In this document: piece after piece, positions 1 through 14,068 of the stretch
Layout of the letters: every line of letters begins with the position of its first letter
How positions within the stretch are numbered: the stretch's first letter is position 1
Source: Paraspadella gotoi
Lineage: Eukaryota > Animalia > Chaetognatha
Direction: 5' to 3'
DNA length: 64,000 nucleotides
Assembly (NCBI GenBank): GCA_051294375.1
Contig: CM119265.1
Coordinates: forward strand, 16,886,936-16,950,935
The notes under the pieces: generated by a model
The model's database searches: none
Told to the model about the DNA's origin: nothing
What the model saw: only the letters and a program-made list of their open reading frames with translations
Made by a program: the position numbers and the translations under genes

Positions 1-272
1 CTCTCCCTCTCTCTGCCTCATTCCTCCTATCATCTCGTCTCGTCCTCTCAGTCGATTCTCTGTCCGCCGACTCTCCCTCTCTCCTCCGTCCTCATCTCCT
101 CCTCTCTCTTCTCTCTCCTCTCCATCCTCGTCGTTCTTCTATCTCNNNNNNNNNNNNNNNNNNNNNNNNNTCTTATGTTTTTTGTTTTTTGGGTTTTTAC
201 GTTTTTTTTTTTCTTTATTTCTTGTGTCTGTCTGCTGCGACTCTTTTGCTCTCTCTCCTCTCTCTCTTCTCT

Positions 273-306
<34 letters not shown>

Positions 307-322
307 TTCTCTCTCTCCTCTT

Positions 323-365
<43 letters not shown>

Positions 366-507
366 TCTGCGTCTTTTTCTCTCTGTCTCATCCAATTTCG
401 TCCGTTGTTCATTTGCATCTTGGATCTCAGAGTTCTGGTACCAACTCTCGACAATAGAGAGATGGGCGCCTCTCGCGTTTGCGTCTCTCTCCTTCTCTCT
501 CTCATCT

Positions 508-538
<31 letters not shown>

Positions 539-770
539 ACTCTCTCTCTCTCTCTCTCTCTTCTGCGGTAATAATGAATTTCACTCGCCGATTAGCGCAG
601 ACTGATCTCCCGCGTTCTAGTTAATCCACTTTCTCGTGCAACCCGAAAACTTTCGTTTTTCTTCTCTCTCTCTCTCGTCTCTCTGCTCTCCTCCTCGCTG
701 CTTCTCTCCTCTCTCTCGTCTCTCTCTCAGTCTCTCTCTCTTCTCTCCCTCTCCTCTCTTCTCTCGCTTT
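1..770. repeat. (CT)n-rich low-complexity/microsatellite region
   Basis: Long imperfect CT runs; the ER/SL-rich ORFs in the track are translations of these runs. Confidence 0.9.
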
Positions 771-2789
771 GCAGATTTAAGGAAGGAAAACTGGGCTCAA
801 TACTGAATCTTGATCTTGACAACGTAAAAAAATGTTGCTGAGGCGTTTTTCTGTCTACCCTTAAATTCTTTCTGTTCTATTCTTCAAAACCAAGCAGCTT
901 CTCTCCTTCTCTATATCTCCTCTTCTCTCTCTCTCTACTGTCTCTCTCACTCTCGTATTTCTACTAATGTTTTGTTGCAAATCTGAAAGAACGTTATCAC
1001 TATTTTGGCGGAGAACTTTTTGTGGTCTTAATCTCTAAATTCCACGATTGTTATTGCTCTCTTCGTCTTATTTCCCCATTTTTTTCCCTCAAATTATGAA
1101 AATGCAGAGAGAGGACGCGTGGCAGGAGAGAGGGAAGAACTGGAGAGAGAATGAATGAGAGAGAGAGACGAACGGGAGAGACGAGGAGACGAGAGCAGAG
1201 AAGAGAATGAGAGAGAGAGAGAGAGAGACATTGACAGGTGGAAGCATTTGTTGCCGCGTTTCCGCCTTTTATCCCGTAAATGACGCGGTATAAAGAAACA
1301 AAGAACAATAAGATAATGACAAGGGTATTCCATTCGAAACAAAAAAGTAACTTGATGGATTATTAATTCAACAATGTTTATTCTTAAAAGGAATACTCTA
1401 ATACACATATAATTAAAATTAATTAGTTATTTTTGTTTACCGTCTTCTAACGACCACTGCTCAGACTACCCTCTCCCGCAGAAAAAAAAAATTAAGGCGG
1501 TTGCGGGTTTGAAAAGCTGCCGCCCTCTTTTAAAAAACGCGGGATGGGATGCTTCCGAGCAGTCGAGGAAGTCGCAGGCAAATTTAGCAGCACAAATGTT
1601 AGCGATGAGCCGGGAAAGGAGCGCGGGAAAAAAGATTGAGAGAGGGAGGTAGTGAAGAAAGGAAGACGGATAGAGAAGAACAAAAAAGAGAGTGAGCAAT
1701 TTAGAACAATTGTATGAAAGGCAGTTATAGAGAATATAAAACTCTACTTGAAATATAACAAATAAAACTTAATAATTAGTACAATCATGTGATATCTGTG
1801 TTGAAAACGAGTGAAGTTTCGCAGCAAAAGGCGTTTAAAAAATAGTCGCGTGCGGAACGAAAATACAGTTTTGAACATTACTATATTATTGTAATATCTT
1901 CTGTTTTCGGTTTTTTCGCTTTAAAGCCTGAATAAGATTACAGAAAAAGAAGCGCAAAATAGGGGTTTGCCGAACCAAATCCTGACCGAGGGTACTGAGG
2001 GCATTGAAAAAAAGAGAGTCGGCGAAAAAAATCGATATTTAGCCGGGAACGAGGTTAGGAAGAAAAAAAAATAAATGGCAAAGCCAAGAGCGAATCTTGA
2101 AATGACTCGAATTTCTTGCGATGCTACTGCGATTTGATACTTGAATATTGATAAATACGTAGTAAAAACTAAATTCAATCAATACATAACGTTTATCTTT
2201 CGTAACCTTTTTTCTACTATAATACTTAAGAAAGGTTGCTATCAGCGTCGACGAACTTGTTCTCTTTTTTCTTTTGATTTTTTCGTTAAGATTTTTTCTC
2301 TTTCCTTATTTTTTAATCAAACCTTCCGCTTCTTCCTTTGTTCCTTAAACATCTTCCCTTTTCTCTTTCTTCGGCACAACTTTTCCTTTTTTTCTCTCTC
2401 TCTTTTCCGCTCAAGATTTTTTCGATTCCCTCGACGCGTGAGATTTTGAAAAGTAACGAAATTGAAATTCAACAAAAGTGACTAAGGCTGAGCGTATTGT
2501 GATTTTTTTTNNNNNNNNNNNNNNNNNNNNNNNNNACTTAAGTAGCGAAACCAAACATTAACAAAAAAAAATAAAAAAACTCGTATAGCGCAGCGGCCCA
2601 TTAGCGCCAGAACAATCTCTCCGAGGTAATACAAGGGCGCCAAGCAAGCACCGCCTTCGGACGAGGTTCACCATCGACACCACACTCCAACGGGCACGTC
2701 TTGTATTGCCACCACGCCCACCACTCCACCTCGCCACCCACACACGCCACCGGTCCTGTCATTCCTACTTTGCATTTTCGCCGGGAATT

Positions 2790-3915
2790 TGGACCCGAAG
2801 ACGAAAAGAAGAATAGAAACCTGCGCTCCGGAGGCGAATATCGGTGCGTCTCTTTCCGAAACTCCGAAGGGATTCGGAGAGTAATTTCTCCCGAGGGTCT
2901 GGAGCGAGATATCCGCGGATAGTGCGAGCGCCCCCAGGGACTAGGATGCGTCGCGGTCATTAATCAGGGGAATGTGGTGGCGGGGTGGAAGGAATGAGTA
3001 ATGAGAGAGGAGAGAGAGGAGACGCACAGAGGAGAGAGCTAGAGGAAGACGCGAGCAGAGCTGACCGAGGAGCAGTATATGAGATGCAGAAGAGCGAATC
3101 TGTGAAGAGAGAGCAGTTCATCTGTCCACCCTCGCGAGAAAGAAGCAGAACAGGGATTCATCTTTTGCCTGACATTTACTTTTTGGTCTTTTCATTTCTC
3201 CGGTTTTCTTGCCAGTGTGGTCACCAGGAGTTACCACTCAGCGCGCACGTGATGAGAAGGGAGAGAGGAGAGAGATTGATGAATGTAAGAGAATAAGATA
3301 GAGATATTCGCCAGCTCCCTCTCGCGGGCGAGTTAATGCATCCACTTATAAAAACCGATTGGGTTAGGTGTTAAAAAGTAATAAGTTTATTTAATTTTGT
3401 TGAATTTTTGGAAACATGGTCGATCCTTGAGCAGAGCGCGCGAAATTATGGAGTGCTCTGCGGTTCGGAAAAAAAAACCTCGGAAATATCTCTCTCTTCC
3501 GAAACTCCGAAGGATCGAGATAATTCTCCCAGGGTCTGGAGAGACCCGGTAGTCAGCCCCCCAGGGATAGAGCGGTGGCATAACAGAAGGGGTGGAGAAT
3601 AGTATTGAGAGAGAGAGAGAGAAGAGAGGAGAGAGGAGAGAGAAGAGAGAGAGAGAGAGAGAGATATTGGGTTGGGGAAGAGAAGGGATTCATCCTTTGC
3701 CTGAATTTACTTTTTGGTCTTTTCATTTTCTCGTTTTCTTGCCATGTGGTCACCAGATTACCCACTCACGTGAGAGAGAGGGAGAGTGAGAGAGAGAAAG
3801 AGAGAGAGAGAGATATTCCCACTCCCTCTCGCGGCGATAATGCGATCCACTTAAAAAACCCGATGGGGAAAAATAATAATTTATTATTTTTTAATTTTGG
3901 AAATTCGATCTTGAA
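2790..3915 (+). repeat. Tandem ~640 bp duplication; first copy (~2790-3430) is an insertion-rich version of the second (~3450-3915)
   Basis: Shared anchors ttccgaaactccgaagg, gggattcatc.tttgcctga, tgtggtcaccag and atccactta..aaaacc occur in the same order in both copies. Confidence 0.8.
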
Positions 3916-6029
3916 AGGGCGGAAATTTGAATTCCTTCAAACTTTTCTCTTTGAATTTATATTCGAGACTTTGAAATCCGGAATTTCGTTCGTCTTTTTT
4001 TTTTTACGTCGTCGCCTTCGTCGTCGGATGTCAAAACCCACTTCCCCAGCCCCAAGAGGTTTCTCCAGCAATAACAGCGACCACTCGCGCGCGAATCCCA
4101 ACCTCAACGACCTCTCAAGGACTCTACCTTTATTCCCCAGTCTCCACCCGATCCTTTCCCTCCCAGAATAAACTTTCCCTTCTCTCTTCTCTTCTCCCAC
4201 TCATTCGCGCCTCGCCGCTTCCCCTCCAAAAAGATCGAGTCTCCCGTTGGTGGCAACGAACTTCCATCAGCAACGAAGAAAAATTCCTCCCTTTCTTCGC
4301 CAATTCTTGTTTACTACGGGATCATCCCTTGTCGTTGTTGTTGTTGTCGTCGTTGTTGTTGTCGTCGTCATATTGTTCCGCTCTCTTAGCCTAGACATCC
4401 CCTCACCCTCGAACATGGCTCAGGCCTCTGCTTCCCGCCCTCCTCGGACCCCCTTCTTCCGCAGCTGGCGTCTTAAACCAATCCGGTCTCTTTTTTTCTT
4501 TTCTCTCTTTCCACTCCAGCCGCGTCCGCGGCGGCGACGGCAGCAGCAGGCGCCTCTGCCGCGTTTCGTACTACTACATCTCTCCGGTCCTTATTGTTTA
4601 CATAGTAACCCCAGCCTCGGCTTTCTTTTCCCCTTGTCTCACTATCCCATGGCCTCCGTTTTCTTCAAACCCCCCCTCTGAAAGCTCCGGGTATCACCGC
4701 CGCCCAATCGACGGCCGGCCCACGAGCGAAACACTGAGGCTCGCGTAAAGTGGGAAGTCGAAAGAACGGCCGGCCACCCGGTTGGGGGGAAAGAGGAAGA
4801 GGGGAGGTGGAGTAGTGAGAAGGGGAAAGGGGAAGGAGGGGTAAAGGGGCCAAAAGAGAGCGAAGGGGTGTTGGAGTAGAACGTGAAGTTCGGAAGAGAG
4901 AAGTGACAAATAGGTTGGCAGGAGAATGGCCGCCGAAATGAGTGTTACCAATCTCAAGTAAAGTTGCAATTTTGCACCAAAGATGAAAGAGAAATATAAT
5001 TTTTTTTGCACGGAGCGTGTCCTGCTGTAAAAATACGAATGAAAGATGTGAAAGAGCACAAGGGAAAAAAAAAGAAAAGTATTTCCGATTTAGGATTGGA
5101 GAGTAAAGTCAAATGTTGAGAGAAATCCTTTTTTTTTCTTTACTGTAAAAAAAAATGATGCTTTTTGGCAAAGAGAATTTGAAAGAATAATTGAAGCCTA
5201 CAAAAGATTCGATAAAGTAAAACATAAATATTAAACAGCAAACGGTCGTCCTTCAACGACGTCCAAATCCGTTCGCCCTCGTATTTCGACCTCATAAAGT
5301 TTCTCTCTGTCCCGGTCGATCGACATTTTACTGTTGGGCGAATCTTCAATGAAGATTCTTCATAGTATTGGACGTTCATCATTTTCCTTTATTTGACCGA
5401 CGGTCGGCTGACCCCGCGGTCCGACCGCCCGACCACGAAACCGACGGGCAACTGTAAAAGTCTAACTTTTAGCCGCTCATTACGATTTTATGTCCGATAG
5501 TAAATCTCCTCGATTGCCGAGGCGGAGGGGAGAGGTGTGGGGAGGGAATTCGTTGACTGGTGAACTGAATAAATTGTGTACTCGCAAAGGATAGTTTTGT
5601 TGTGGCCGTAGTGAACTAGTCAAAGCTTCGGCCGAATCCGCATCGAAGCTTCTCTCACGAAAACCCAAAACCGCGATTTCATTGAAATCCCGCTGACGGC
5701 GGCGATTTTGAAGAAATCGGGGATGATGGGCGGGGAATGGTAGGGGATCGGGTGGGGACTAGAGTAGGGGAGTAGAGTCGGTGTGGTGGTGAACTTTACG
5801 AAGTTTGATGTTTCGCTTCTGGTGACAAAGAAGTTTAAAGTTCTTGAAGGCAAAAAACAAGGGATTGTTGACATACATTTATCTTGTTCGAAAATGAAGG
5901 AAAGGTCTTATTTTAATGAGGCCTCGATGGGGCTATTAATGAACATAAGAAGGTATTCAATAGTTGGCATGAATGGGAAGATTCGTTGAGGGCATGGACG
6001 GGGTTATGTGTATATATATATATATATAT

Positions 6030-6950
6030 ATATAGATAGAGCAGATGTCTTGGTCTCTCTCTCGTCGTCTCGCCGTCTCGTGGCTCTGTCTCGTTCGTTC
6101 TTTTTTTTTTTTTGTATGAGGGGGTGCTCTATTGCGCCGCGTCTAGTGTGTATGTGTGTCGTCGCGTGTCTGCGGTCATCGTCTTCGCCAGCGGCGTGAT
6201 GTGAGGCATCTGCGCGTGTGATATTCGAGCCACTCTCGTTATGCTTTGCTCTTATTGTTTCTCCGGGCAGCGTTGAGGTGTCAGAGTGAGCGGGTGGGGA
6301 GTGACGATTACAGATGTCGCCCTTTCTTCTTGGATAGTGGAGGTTTTGGAGAGTGTGGTGTTGAAGAGAGGAGAGGAGAAGTGAGGTTTGTGTGCGGACC
6401 TTTGTGGTTTGTATTATCTTGCGGTGGGATGATACAATATATGCTATCTCGTGCGAGGATATGTTGTCGGTTCTATCATAATTAGGTGGAGGAGAGTGCG
6501 CGTGTGGTGTTGGTGGTATTACGGTGTATGATATCTTATTGGTAAGTTTCTTGTGAGGTGGAGTGTCATAGAGGTTGGTGGTGGGGGTGTAGGTGGACTG
6601 ATATATTCTATGATGTGTCTTAGTATATTTCTTCTAGTATTTTGTTTCTTCAATTATGGTCATCGTGGATCTATTGAGAGTCCTTCTGTGGTAAGGTTGT
6701 ATTTATAGGTATTATTGTGCCGCAAGAGCGGTGTTCGAAGGTGTCTTGAACGGAGTATTGTTATAGTGGTTCTTCAGCGAATATTTGTGAAAGATGGCGC
6801 GGGTAGGTTTCGTAAATCTGATGTCTGTGCGCTTTACCGTAGATGTCGGAATATTTTTCGATAGAAATTAGGGTCTCGGTATTTTTATATATGAAAGTTC
6901 GGTTGCCTTTTTCTCTTTCATCTTATATTGGTTCTTTTGATTTTTTTTTT
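6030..6950 (+). repeat. Heavily corrupted, G/T-enriched copy of ~7390-8090
   Basis: Collinear anchors: atttgtgaaaga..gcgcgg (6783 vs 7965), ctattgag (6671 vs 7843), ggtg.tcgaag (6730 vs 7879); the rest is very degenerate. Confidence 0.5.
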
Positions 6951-8239
6951 TGTTTATAATATATGTTTCTTCCTGTTATGTTGCTCTAGATGATTAGGAT
7001 ATTTATTGAGTCAGTTAAAGGACGAATTAATTCTTCCATCAGTTTGTTCATAATTATTTGTTTTTTTTANNNNNNNNNNNNNNNNNNNNNNNNNGTTTTA
7101 CGCAGAAATGAGTGATATATCTCTGATTTGGAGAGCATTCGGGGCCGAATCGAAATTTACGCTGATGCGGAATGTATGGTTTGCGAGTTTTCCTTAGCTC
7201 GTTTTCGCTTCGGAAACAGAACGACCGTGTTCGCTAATTTGTTTTATTCCTTTTTCCTCTGTTTTTAATTCGGGCATAACTTTAAAGTCCGGTAAACGCT
7301 TAGTACCGTGTTGTTAAAATACTCAAAAAAGTGCCCACCGTAACTTTTTAGAGAAAATTGGCGAGGACACTCGTGGAATTCTCTCAACTAGCACTATCTT
7401 TATCTCCTCTGCTCTCTCTCTCTCTCTCCCTCTCTCCTCTCTCTCCTCTCTTTCGCACGCGTATTCCTTCAACTAGCTAGTTAACACACGGAACAGATTT
7501 AGTTCTCATCCCAATTCGCTCAAATGGGAAAAGTTCATCCACATTTGGAAACCCCGTTGGCGTGGAAGAGAGAGAGAGGAGAGAAAGAGAAGAAAGAGAG
7601 AGATAGACGACGAGAGAGAAGAGAGAGAGAACATGAGAGGGACGACTACTTCCGATTTAGATCTTCCCCGATTCGATCCGGGAATACAATTTTTTTTCTC
7701 GAGAGATTTGATATTAAAAACGATGAGAGTGCCTCTAAAGAACGGGACGGGTGTTGAGAGTATAATATTAAGGAATGCAAAAATTTTTGTCAATATGTAA
7801 AACAGCTTATCAAAAAACAAAAATCCAAATTTACAATCCGTTCTATTGAGCCTTGAATTTTAAAATATTATGCCAACGGGTGCTCGAAGCGAATTCACAG
7901 ACATTGGTTGTAAGAGTTTAAGGTCTCCCCAAACGTGGGCAGGGACGCTTGAAGTCACAAAAACATTTGTGAAAGAGCGCGGAGGTTTTCAAACTTTCAA
8001 TCCTTCGCGTCAATAGCTTTTTTCCAAAAAAAAGGCCTCATTTTATAAAATGAAAATCGGCGCACTTGATTCCTTTTCATTTTCCTTTTATAGCTGTCTT
8101 TTATTTTAGTTGAAATAATGGTGGCTCCCTTTAGTGCTCAAATATTTTGAGCAAGGTGTGAAAGCGAAAACTTCGGGGAGGGAGGAAATGCGCAAGTTTG
8201 CGTGAAGTTGTGGTGTTAAATGTGTGCCTGGAAAAAAGC

Positions 8240-9744
8240 AAGCAACGGCAACGCTTCGGATTTCGTGCCTATGCAGAGAGTTGCACGATGAAGCACAGAG
8301 ATTAAAGGAAACACAGTCACGGCGCTGCAGGAATTGAACTGGTCAGACGAGGCGATTCGAAACCGCCGCCGGCGAAACGCGAACGGGAAATGGGGGAATG
8401 AGGGTGCGTCACCGGGGAACGCGACTCATCCCGGCGCGAGCGCCGTAACCGGAACGGGACTTCAACGGCCGTGAACGGAGTCCGCGTTCAAGGCCGGCCG
8501 GCTCCCGAGCTGAAGATCAGCTGTGTTTCGTGCGAGAGTTGCGAGTCTTGCTGGCCTGTGGAGCTGTGGGAGTTGTCCTGTAGTCATTGGTCGGCGGTGC
8601 GTCGTGCGGCGTCGCGTGTCCTCACGGGTTCTGCGCGGTCCTCGGAAGTAGCGTCATCCTCGCGGCAAGAGTTGCTTACAAACAGAGGCATAGTGCAAAG
8701 TCGGGAGGCAACAAGTGTTGAAATGGGCGTGAATGCGGGAAAGGAGGAACAATCACCAAGGTTCGGCTGACTTGAGGCGGGACCGCGATACTACAAGTAG
8801 CGGGGCCAACAAAAGTCGGCGCACACAAATAGTCACACTGTCAGCCAGACGGCAGTGCCGTCCCATGTCCCGACGGCCGCCGACTTCTCCGTGGGACCAA
8901 AAAACGCGGCTTATAATAATCACACTTTAAGAATAGAACGTCACGGTGACGATGTCACAGGGAAAACGGGGAAGCCGGCGGTCAGCGGCGACCGGGGCGG
9001 CTGGCGTGGACGGCGGCGGCTGCTGCGACGGCGGCGGCGGCGGACGACGAAAATGAAAGGGGTGCCGTAAGAAACAGGAGGAGAAAGGAATGCGGGTGGT
9101 GCAGATTGGGCGAAGCAATGTCAAAACGCGGCGTGTGTCGGCGGCCAGCGCGGTGGGCGGCGGTTTCTGCCGCCAGCGTGCGTCGGTCGGCGAGCTAGTC
9201 ACATGCGCGTACAGTTGGATAATGATTCAATGCGTGGTGTGCAGTGGTTGGAAGAAAGCTAGCGATCATGTGAACGGTAAATAGGAAAGGAAATTAGGAG
9301 AAAGGTAAATAGTATCCCGTGCGAAACGTTAACGCCAAACCGGTAGAAATTAACGCGAACTTCAGAAAAAAAAATCGTGTACGACGGAGCACGTACTGAT
9401 CACGAAGTTAGGGAAGTAGGTTAAGTGAAAACGCTGGACAATGGTAACCGAGGAAGCCGAGGCATGTGCAAATGGGAAGGAAAAAAAGCCGAGCGGAGAA
9501 AGTGCCACAAACGGAAAACGACGACCGAGGGAAGTTAAAGAGGAGGAAAACCCGGTGGCGGTTTAACCCGACCCGGCGGCCGACAGGCGCAATCCCCCGT
9601 CGGCAAAACCAACCCAAGGCGGACCAGTGCGTCCCCCGCCAAACGAAGACGAAAACTTCCAGAGGTCCCGTGCACCCGCGACGTACCCTCGAAGAGCGGA
9701 GCAATAAATTTCCTTGGGAACTTTAACGCACTGACGGAGAGGGG

Positions 9745-9824
<80 letters not shown>

Positions 9825-10411
9825 GAGTGTGAAAGGACTGTGAGTACCGTCTATCCTGAGAGTAATGGGCTGGTGAGAGAGACTAATTATATCGTCCCCG
9901 ATGCCCAACAGTTCGAACATAGCGAGCGAAGAGTATAGTTGGATGAGTAAGGTAGTGTCGTCGATCGCTTTTAAGACAGCGAAAAAGTGTTCCTGTACTG
10001 ATCTCCTCCGTCCTGCTCTCTCCGTCTCCGTCGCCTCCGCGTCGCCTCCTCTTCTCCTCGCTCCTTCACTCTGCTCTGCTGCTCCGTCTCCGCTTACTGG
10101 ACACAGTTCTCTGTTCTATTTCGCGATGCTGGCCTGTTTCCAGTGTCGTGTGTTCAAAATAAAAAAAAAGGTCTCCGCGAAGTCAAAGTAAAAGAAGAAA
10201 GAATGAAAGGCAGCGGGAAAGAGAGAAGGAAAGAAAAAGTAAAAAAAAATAAAGAAAAGGGAAGGAAAGTAGAATAAATAAAGAAAAAAAAAAAAGAAAG
10301 AAGAAGCATTAGTGGTGTTCTGGCTGCTCGACGTTCGACGGAAGGGAGCAAATGCACTGTGGATAAATATAAAGAATAATTAAGGGCTAAAGTGTGCGAA
10401 TGAATGTGAAT

Positions 10412-10474
<63 letters not shown>

Positions 10475-11598
10475 GAGGAGAGAGAGAGAGACGGACGGAG
10501 AGGGCGCGCGAATAGTTTGAATCCGTTTCAGTGAAGAAAAGTGCCGGTTCCTTGGCGCTATCAACCGTCAACCGCAGTGGATGGCCGGGCGATTCGAGTC
10601 GGTCGGTTCGGCGTTCGTCGGCGGCAATGCGTCAGCGTCGCATAATCAGCAGTCACCGGTTCATGCATGGCGGGACGCTTGCGTGGAGGTCGACGACAGC
10701 CCAGCTGCAGGCGGCGTCAAGCAGATGTGATAGCACGAAGTGAAGCTGGTCTGTGGCGAGGGCGGCAAGGCGGCACGAGACAGCAAAGGGCGCACGGCAG
10801 TCAGCTGCAGGCTGAAGTTGGGCTACGTCGGCGCGCATCGTCTGCGTCGAGCCTTCAGCGGCGGCAAACGGCGGCGGTCGCCACGGCCGGCGGCCAGCGA
10901 AGAAAGAAAACAGAGAAATGCAAAAAAGAAAAACGGCCAGCCGCGACGAGCGGCCGGCTGACGCTCGCGGCCGCGACGCCTGCCGGGCGGCGCGGAGCGG
11001 GTGAGGGGCGCTCATGCGAACCAAAAGACGCCCGTCACGGACCCCGGCGCGAAGACAAAGAAACACGACGAGAAGGCGGTCGCACAACGGTGGAGCGTCG
11101 ACCAGCGACGCGGAAACGCCGCGGAGCAAAACTTTTTTGCTTTAAAAAATTTCATTTAAAGGAGAATAAAATATCGTGAAGGCAAAAAACGGATTTCCAA
11201 ATTCACAACATAAAAGATCTATCTTCGAACGACACACTTCCTAAAACTGCAGCAGGCAATGCTGAAGCAATGCCAACGCTTCGGAGTTCTTCTTATGTTC
11301 ATTAGAGTTGCACTATGATCACAGAGATAAAGGAATGGAACTTTTCAGACGAGCGATCGAAACCGGTGCCGCCGGCGAAACGCGAAACGTGAAATGTTGT
11401 GAATGAGGTTCGTCACCTGTGAACGCGACTCATTCCGGTCGCGAGTCTCCGTGAAACTCGGCAACCGTGACTTCACGTCCGTGACGTGAGTCGCTCAAGG
11501 TCTCTTCCCTTCTCCCGATCTGAAGACTCGAGCTTCGTTTCTGAGTTTCTGAGTCTTTGCTTCCTTTTGGATTCTTGGTTGGAGTTGTCCTAGTCATG

Positions 11599-11633
<35 letters not shown>

Positions 11634-13379
11634 TCTCCTCGACGTCTTCGCTGTCGTCGTAGTTGTCGTCATCCTCGTTGCATATTATGCATTATCAATT
11701 ACATAGTCATATTTCAAATTCGTAGTCAAAATATTTTTAAATTTGGCGTTATGCTGTAAATTATTTGAACAATCACCAATTTTCTGCTACTGAGTTCGTT
11801 ACCGCTATACTTTACATAGTATTTCGTGGTTTGCAACAAAATCGTCTCACACAACATATCACACTTTCAGCCCCATACTGCAGTTTCCTTCCCATTCCCG
11901 ACTGCCGCCGACTCAGTCACGTTTGGGACCAAAAACCGTCTTTATAATAATCACACTTAAAATTAACGTTTCACTTTTACGAGTCGACATTTAAAACGGA
12001 AAGCCGTCGTCAGCGGCGACGGCGGCGGCTGCTGCGACGGCGGCGGCGTCGTACTACGAAAATTCAAATGTTGCCTATAAAAACGGAGGAGAAATTTAAT
12101 CGTTTGTTGCAGATTTGGCGAAGCAATTTTTGCAAAACTCGTCGTCGTCGTCGCCATCGTCGTTGTCGTCGTCGTCGTCGTCATCGTTACATTCTCGTAC
12201 ATTTGATAATTATTCAATGTTTGTTTTCAGTTTTAATAAGGCTACGATATGAACTGTAATTTAATTAAAGGTAAATTATGAGAAAGTAAATTTAGTATCC
12301 CGTCGAAACTTTAAACTCCAAACCTGTAGAAATAACTCGACTCAGAAAAAAAGTCTTTACGAGCTGAGCACGTACTGTATTTCACGGAATTTATTGAATA
12401 GTTTAGTAAAACTGTTACAAGGTAACCGATGAATCCTATTCTATCAAATTGGTGGAATAAAAAAAAGCCGCATCGAGAAAATTTCACAACTGAAAACGTG
12501 ACGACCGATGGAAGTAAAGATGAGGAAAACCGGTTTGGCGGGTTAACCCGACCCGCGGCCGACATGCGCATCCCCCGTCGGCTAAACCAGACCCCAAGGC
12601 GACCATTTCGTTCCCCCTTCAAACTTAAGACGAAACTCTCCAAGGTCGCCTCACCCCGATACTTACCCTTCGAGATATGCGGAGCAATAATTCCTGGGAA
12701 CTTAACTCACTTACTTTAGAGGTGGAGAGAGAGAGAGAGAGAGAAGAGACGAGGAGAGAGAGAGAGGAGAGAGACAGGAGCAGAGAGAAATTTTTGAAGA
12801 CTTTATTATCCTGTCTTATCCTTGAGAGTAAAGTCTTGAGAGAGAACAATTATATTCGTGCCCCGGATGCACTACAGTTCGAAATTACGAGCGAATATTA
12901 TTATTTGATTAGTGAATTATTCTTTCGAATCGCTTTTAANNNNNNNNNNNNNNNNNNNNNNNNNNNNNNNNNNNNNNNNNNNNNNNNNNNNNNNNNNNNN
13001 NNNNNNNNNNNNNNNNNNNNNNNNNNNNNNNNNNNNNNNNNNNNNNNNNNNNNNNNNNNNNNNNNNNNNNNNNNNNNNNNNNNNNNNNNNNNNNNNNNNN
13101 NNNNNNNNNNNNNNNNNNNNNNNNNNNNNNNNNNNNNNNNNNNNNNNNNNNNNNNNNNNNNNNNNNNNNNNNNNNNNNNNNNNNNNNNNNNNNNNNNNNN
13201 NNNNNNNNAAAAAAAATAAAGAAAAGGGAAGAAAGTGAAAATAAAAAATAAAGAAATAAAAAAAAAGAAAGAAAATTCATTATTGTTTCTGCTTCTTCGA
13301 CGTCGACGGAAGGGAGACTCAAAATGCCACTTGGAAAGAAAAAGAATAATAAGCGTAAAGTGTGGAATGAATTTGAAAT

Positions 13380-13419
<40 letters not shown>

Positions 13420-14068
13420 TATTTTTTTCGAAAGTTTTTCCTTTTATTAAGAAAGTTTCCGTTTTCTTTGCGCTTATCAACCGTCAACCGCAGTTGGTTG
13501 TCTTCGTCGTCGATCGTCGTCGTCGTCGTCGTCGTCGTCATTCTTCATTCGTGTCAGTAATCATTCATTATCATCCTTTCTCATTTGCTTTACGCTGTCT
13601 TTGTAGTTTGTCGACTCATTCCCGATCTCGTTGTCGTCATCATCAATTTTATCACGATTTGAAGTCTTCTTTCGTAATAGTCGTCACATTGTGTCACAGA
13701 CATCAAGGTTCGTCGTCATCATCGTTCGTGAAGTTTTCGTCGTCTTCGTCGTCATCGTCTTCGTCGTGATCCTCATCGTCGTCAACGTCGTCGTCAACGT
13801 CGTCGTCAACGTCGTCGTCTTCCTACTTCCGTCGGGCGATCGGAGAAAGAAAACAGATAAATGCATAATAAATAAAAACTGCCTCCGCGACGAAGCCGGC
13901 GGCTGCGGCTGCGGCGCGGCGGCCTGCCGGTTGCGGCGGCGGAAGCGGTCGAGGTGACGCTCGAACAAAAGACGCCGTCACGTGACCCCTGCGCCTAAGA
14001 CAAAAGAACACGACGATAATTTCATTCGCACAAACGGTTTTTTAGCGTCGACCAGCGACGCGGAACGC
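8240..14068 (+). repeat. Tandem ~3 kb duplication (8240-11115 and 11266-14068), divergent mainly by T/G differences and indels
   Basis: Collinear anchors caacgcttcgga, gccggcgaaacgcgaa, gggaccaaaaa, gcggagcaataa, tatcaaccgtcaaccgcagt and gcgtcgaccagcgacgcggaa occur in both copies. Confidence 0.9.

Noticed and set aside
48-624. ER/RE-rich and SL-rich ORFs here and throughout the window
   Set aside because: They are translations of (GA)n/(CT)n microsatellites, which lack stops in all frames.
2590-2815. Frame containing HRLRTRFT, reminiscent of a homeodomain N-terminal arm
   Set aside because: No helix 1-3 pattern or WFxNRR follows; probably chance.
5322-5463. Imperfect inverted repeat (gacattttactgttgggcg / cgggcaactgtaaaagtc), possible MITE
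   Set aside because: Short, mismatched, no TSD seen and single copy in the window.
10653-11179. Arg/Gly/Ala-rich ORFs of 158-170 aa
   Set aside because: The duplicate at 13560-14068 shows this is (GTC)n-rich sequence; the ORFs arise from the T-to-G bias that removes stops.
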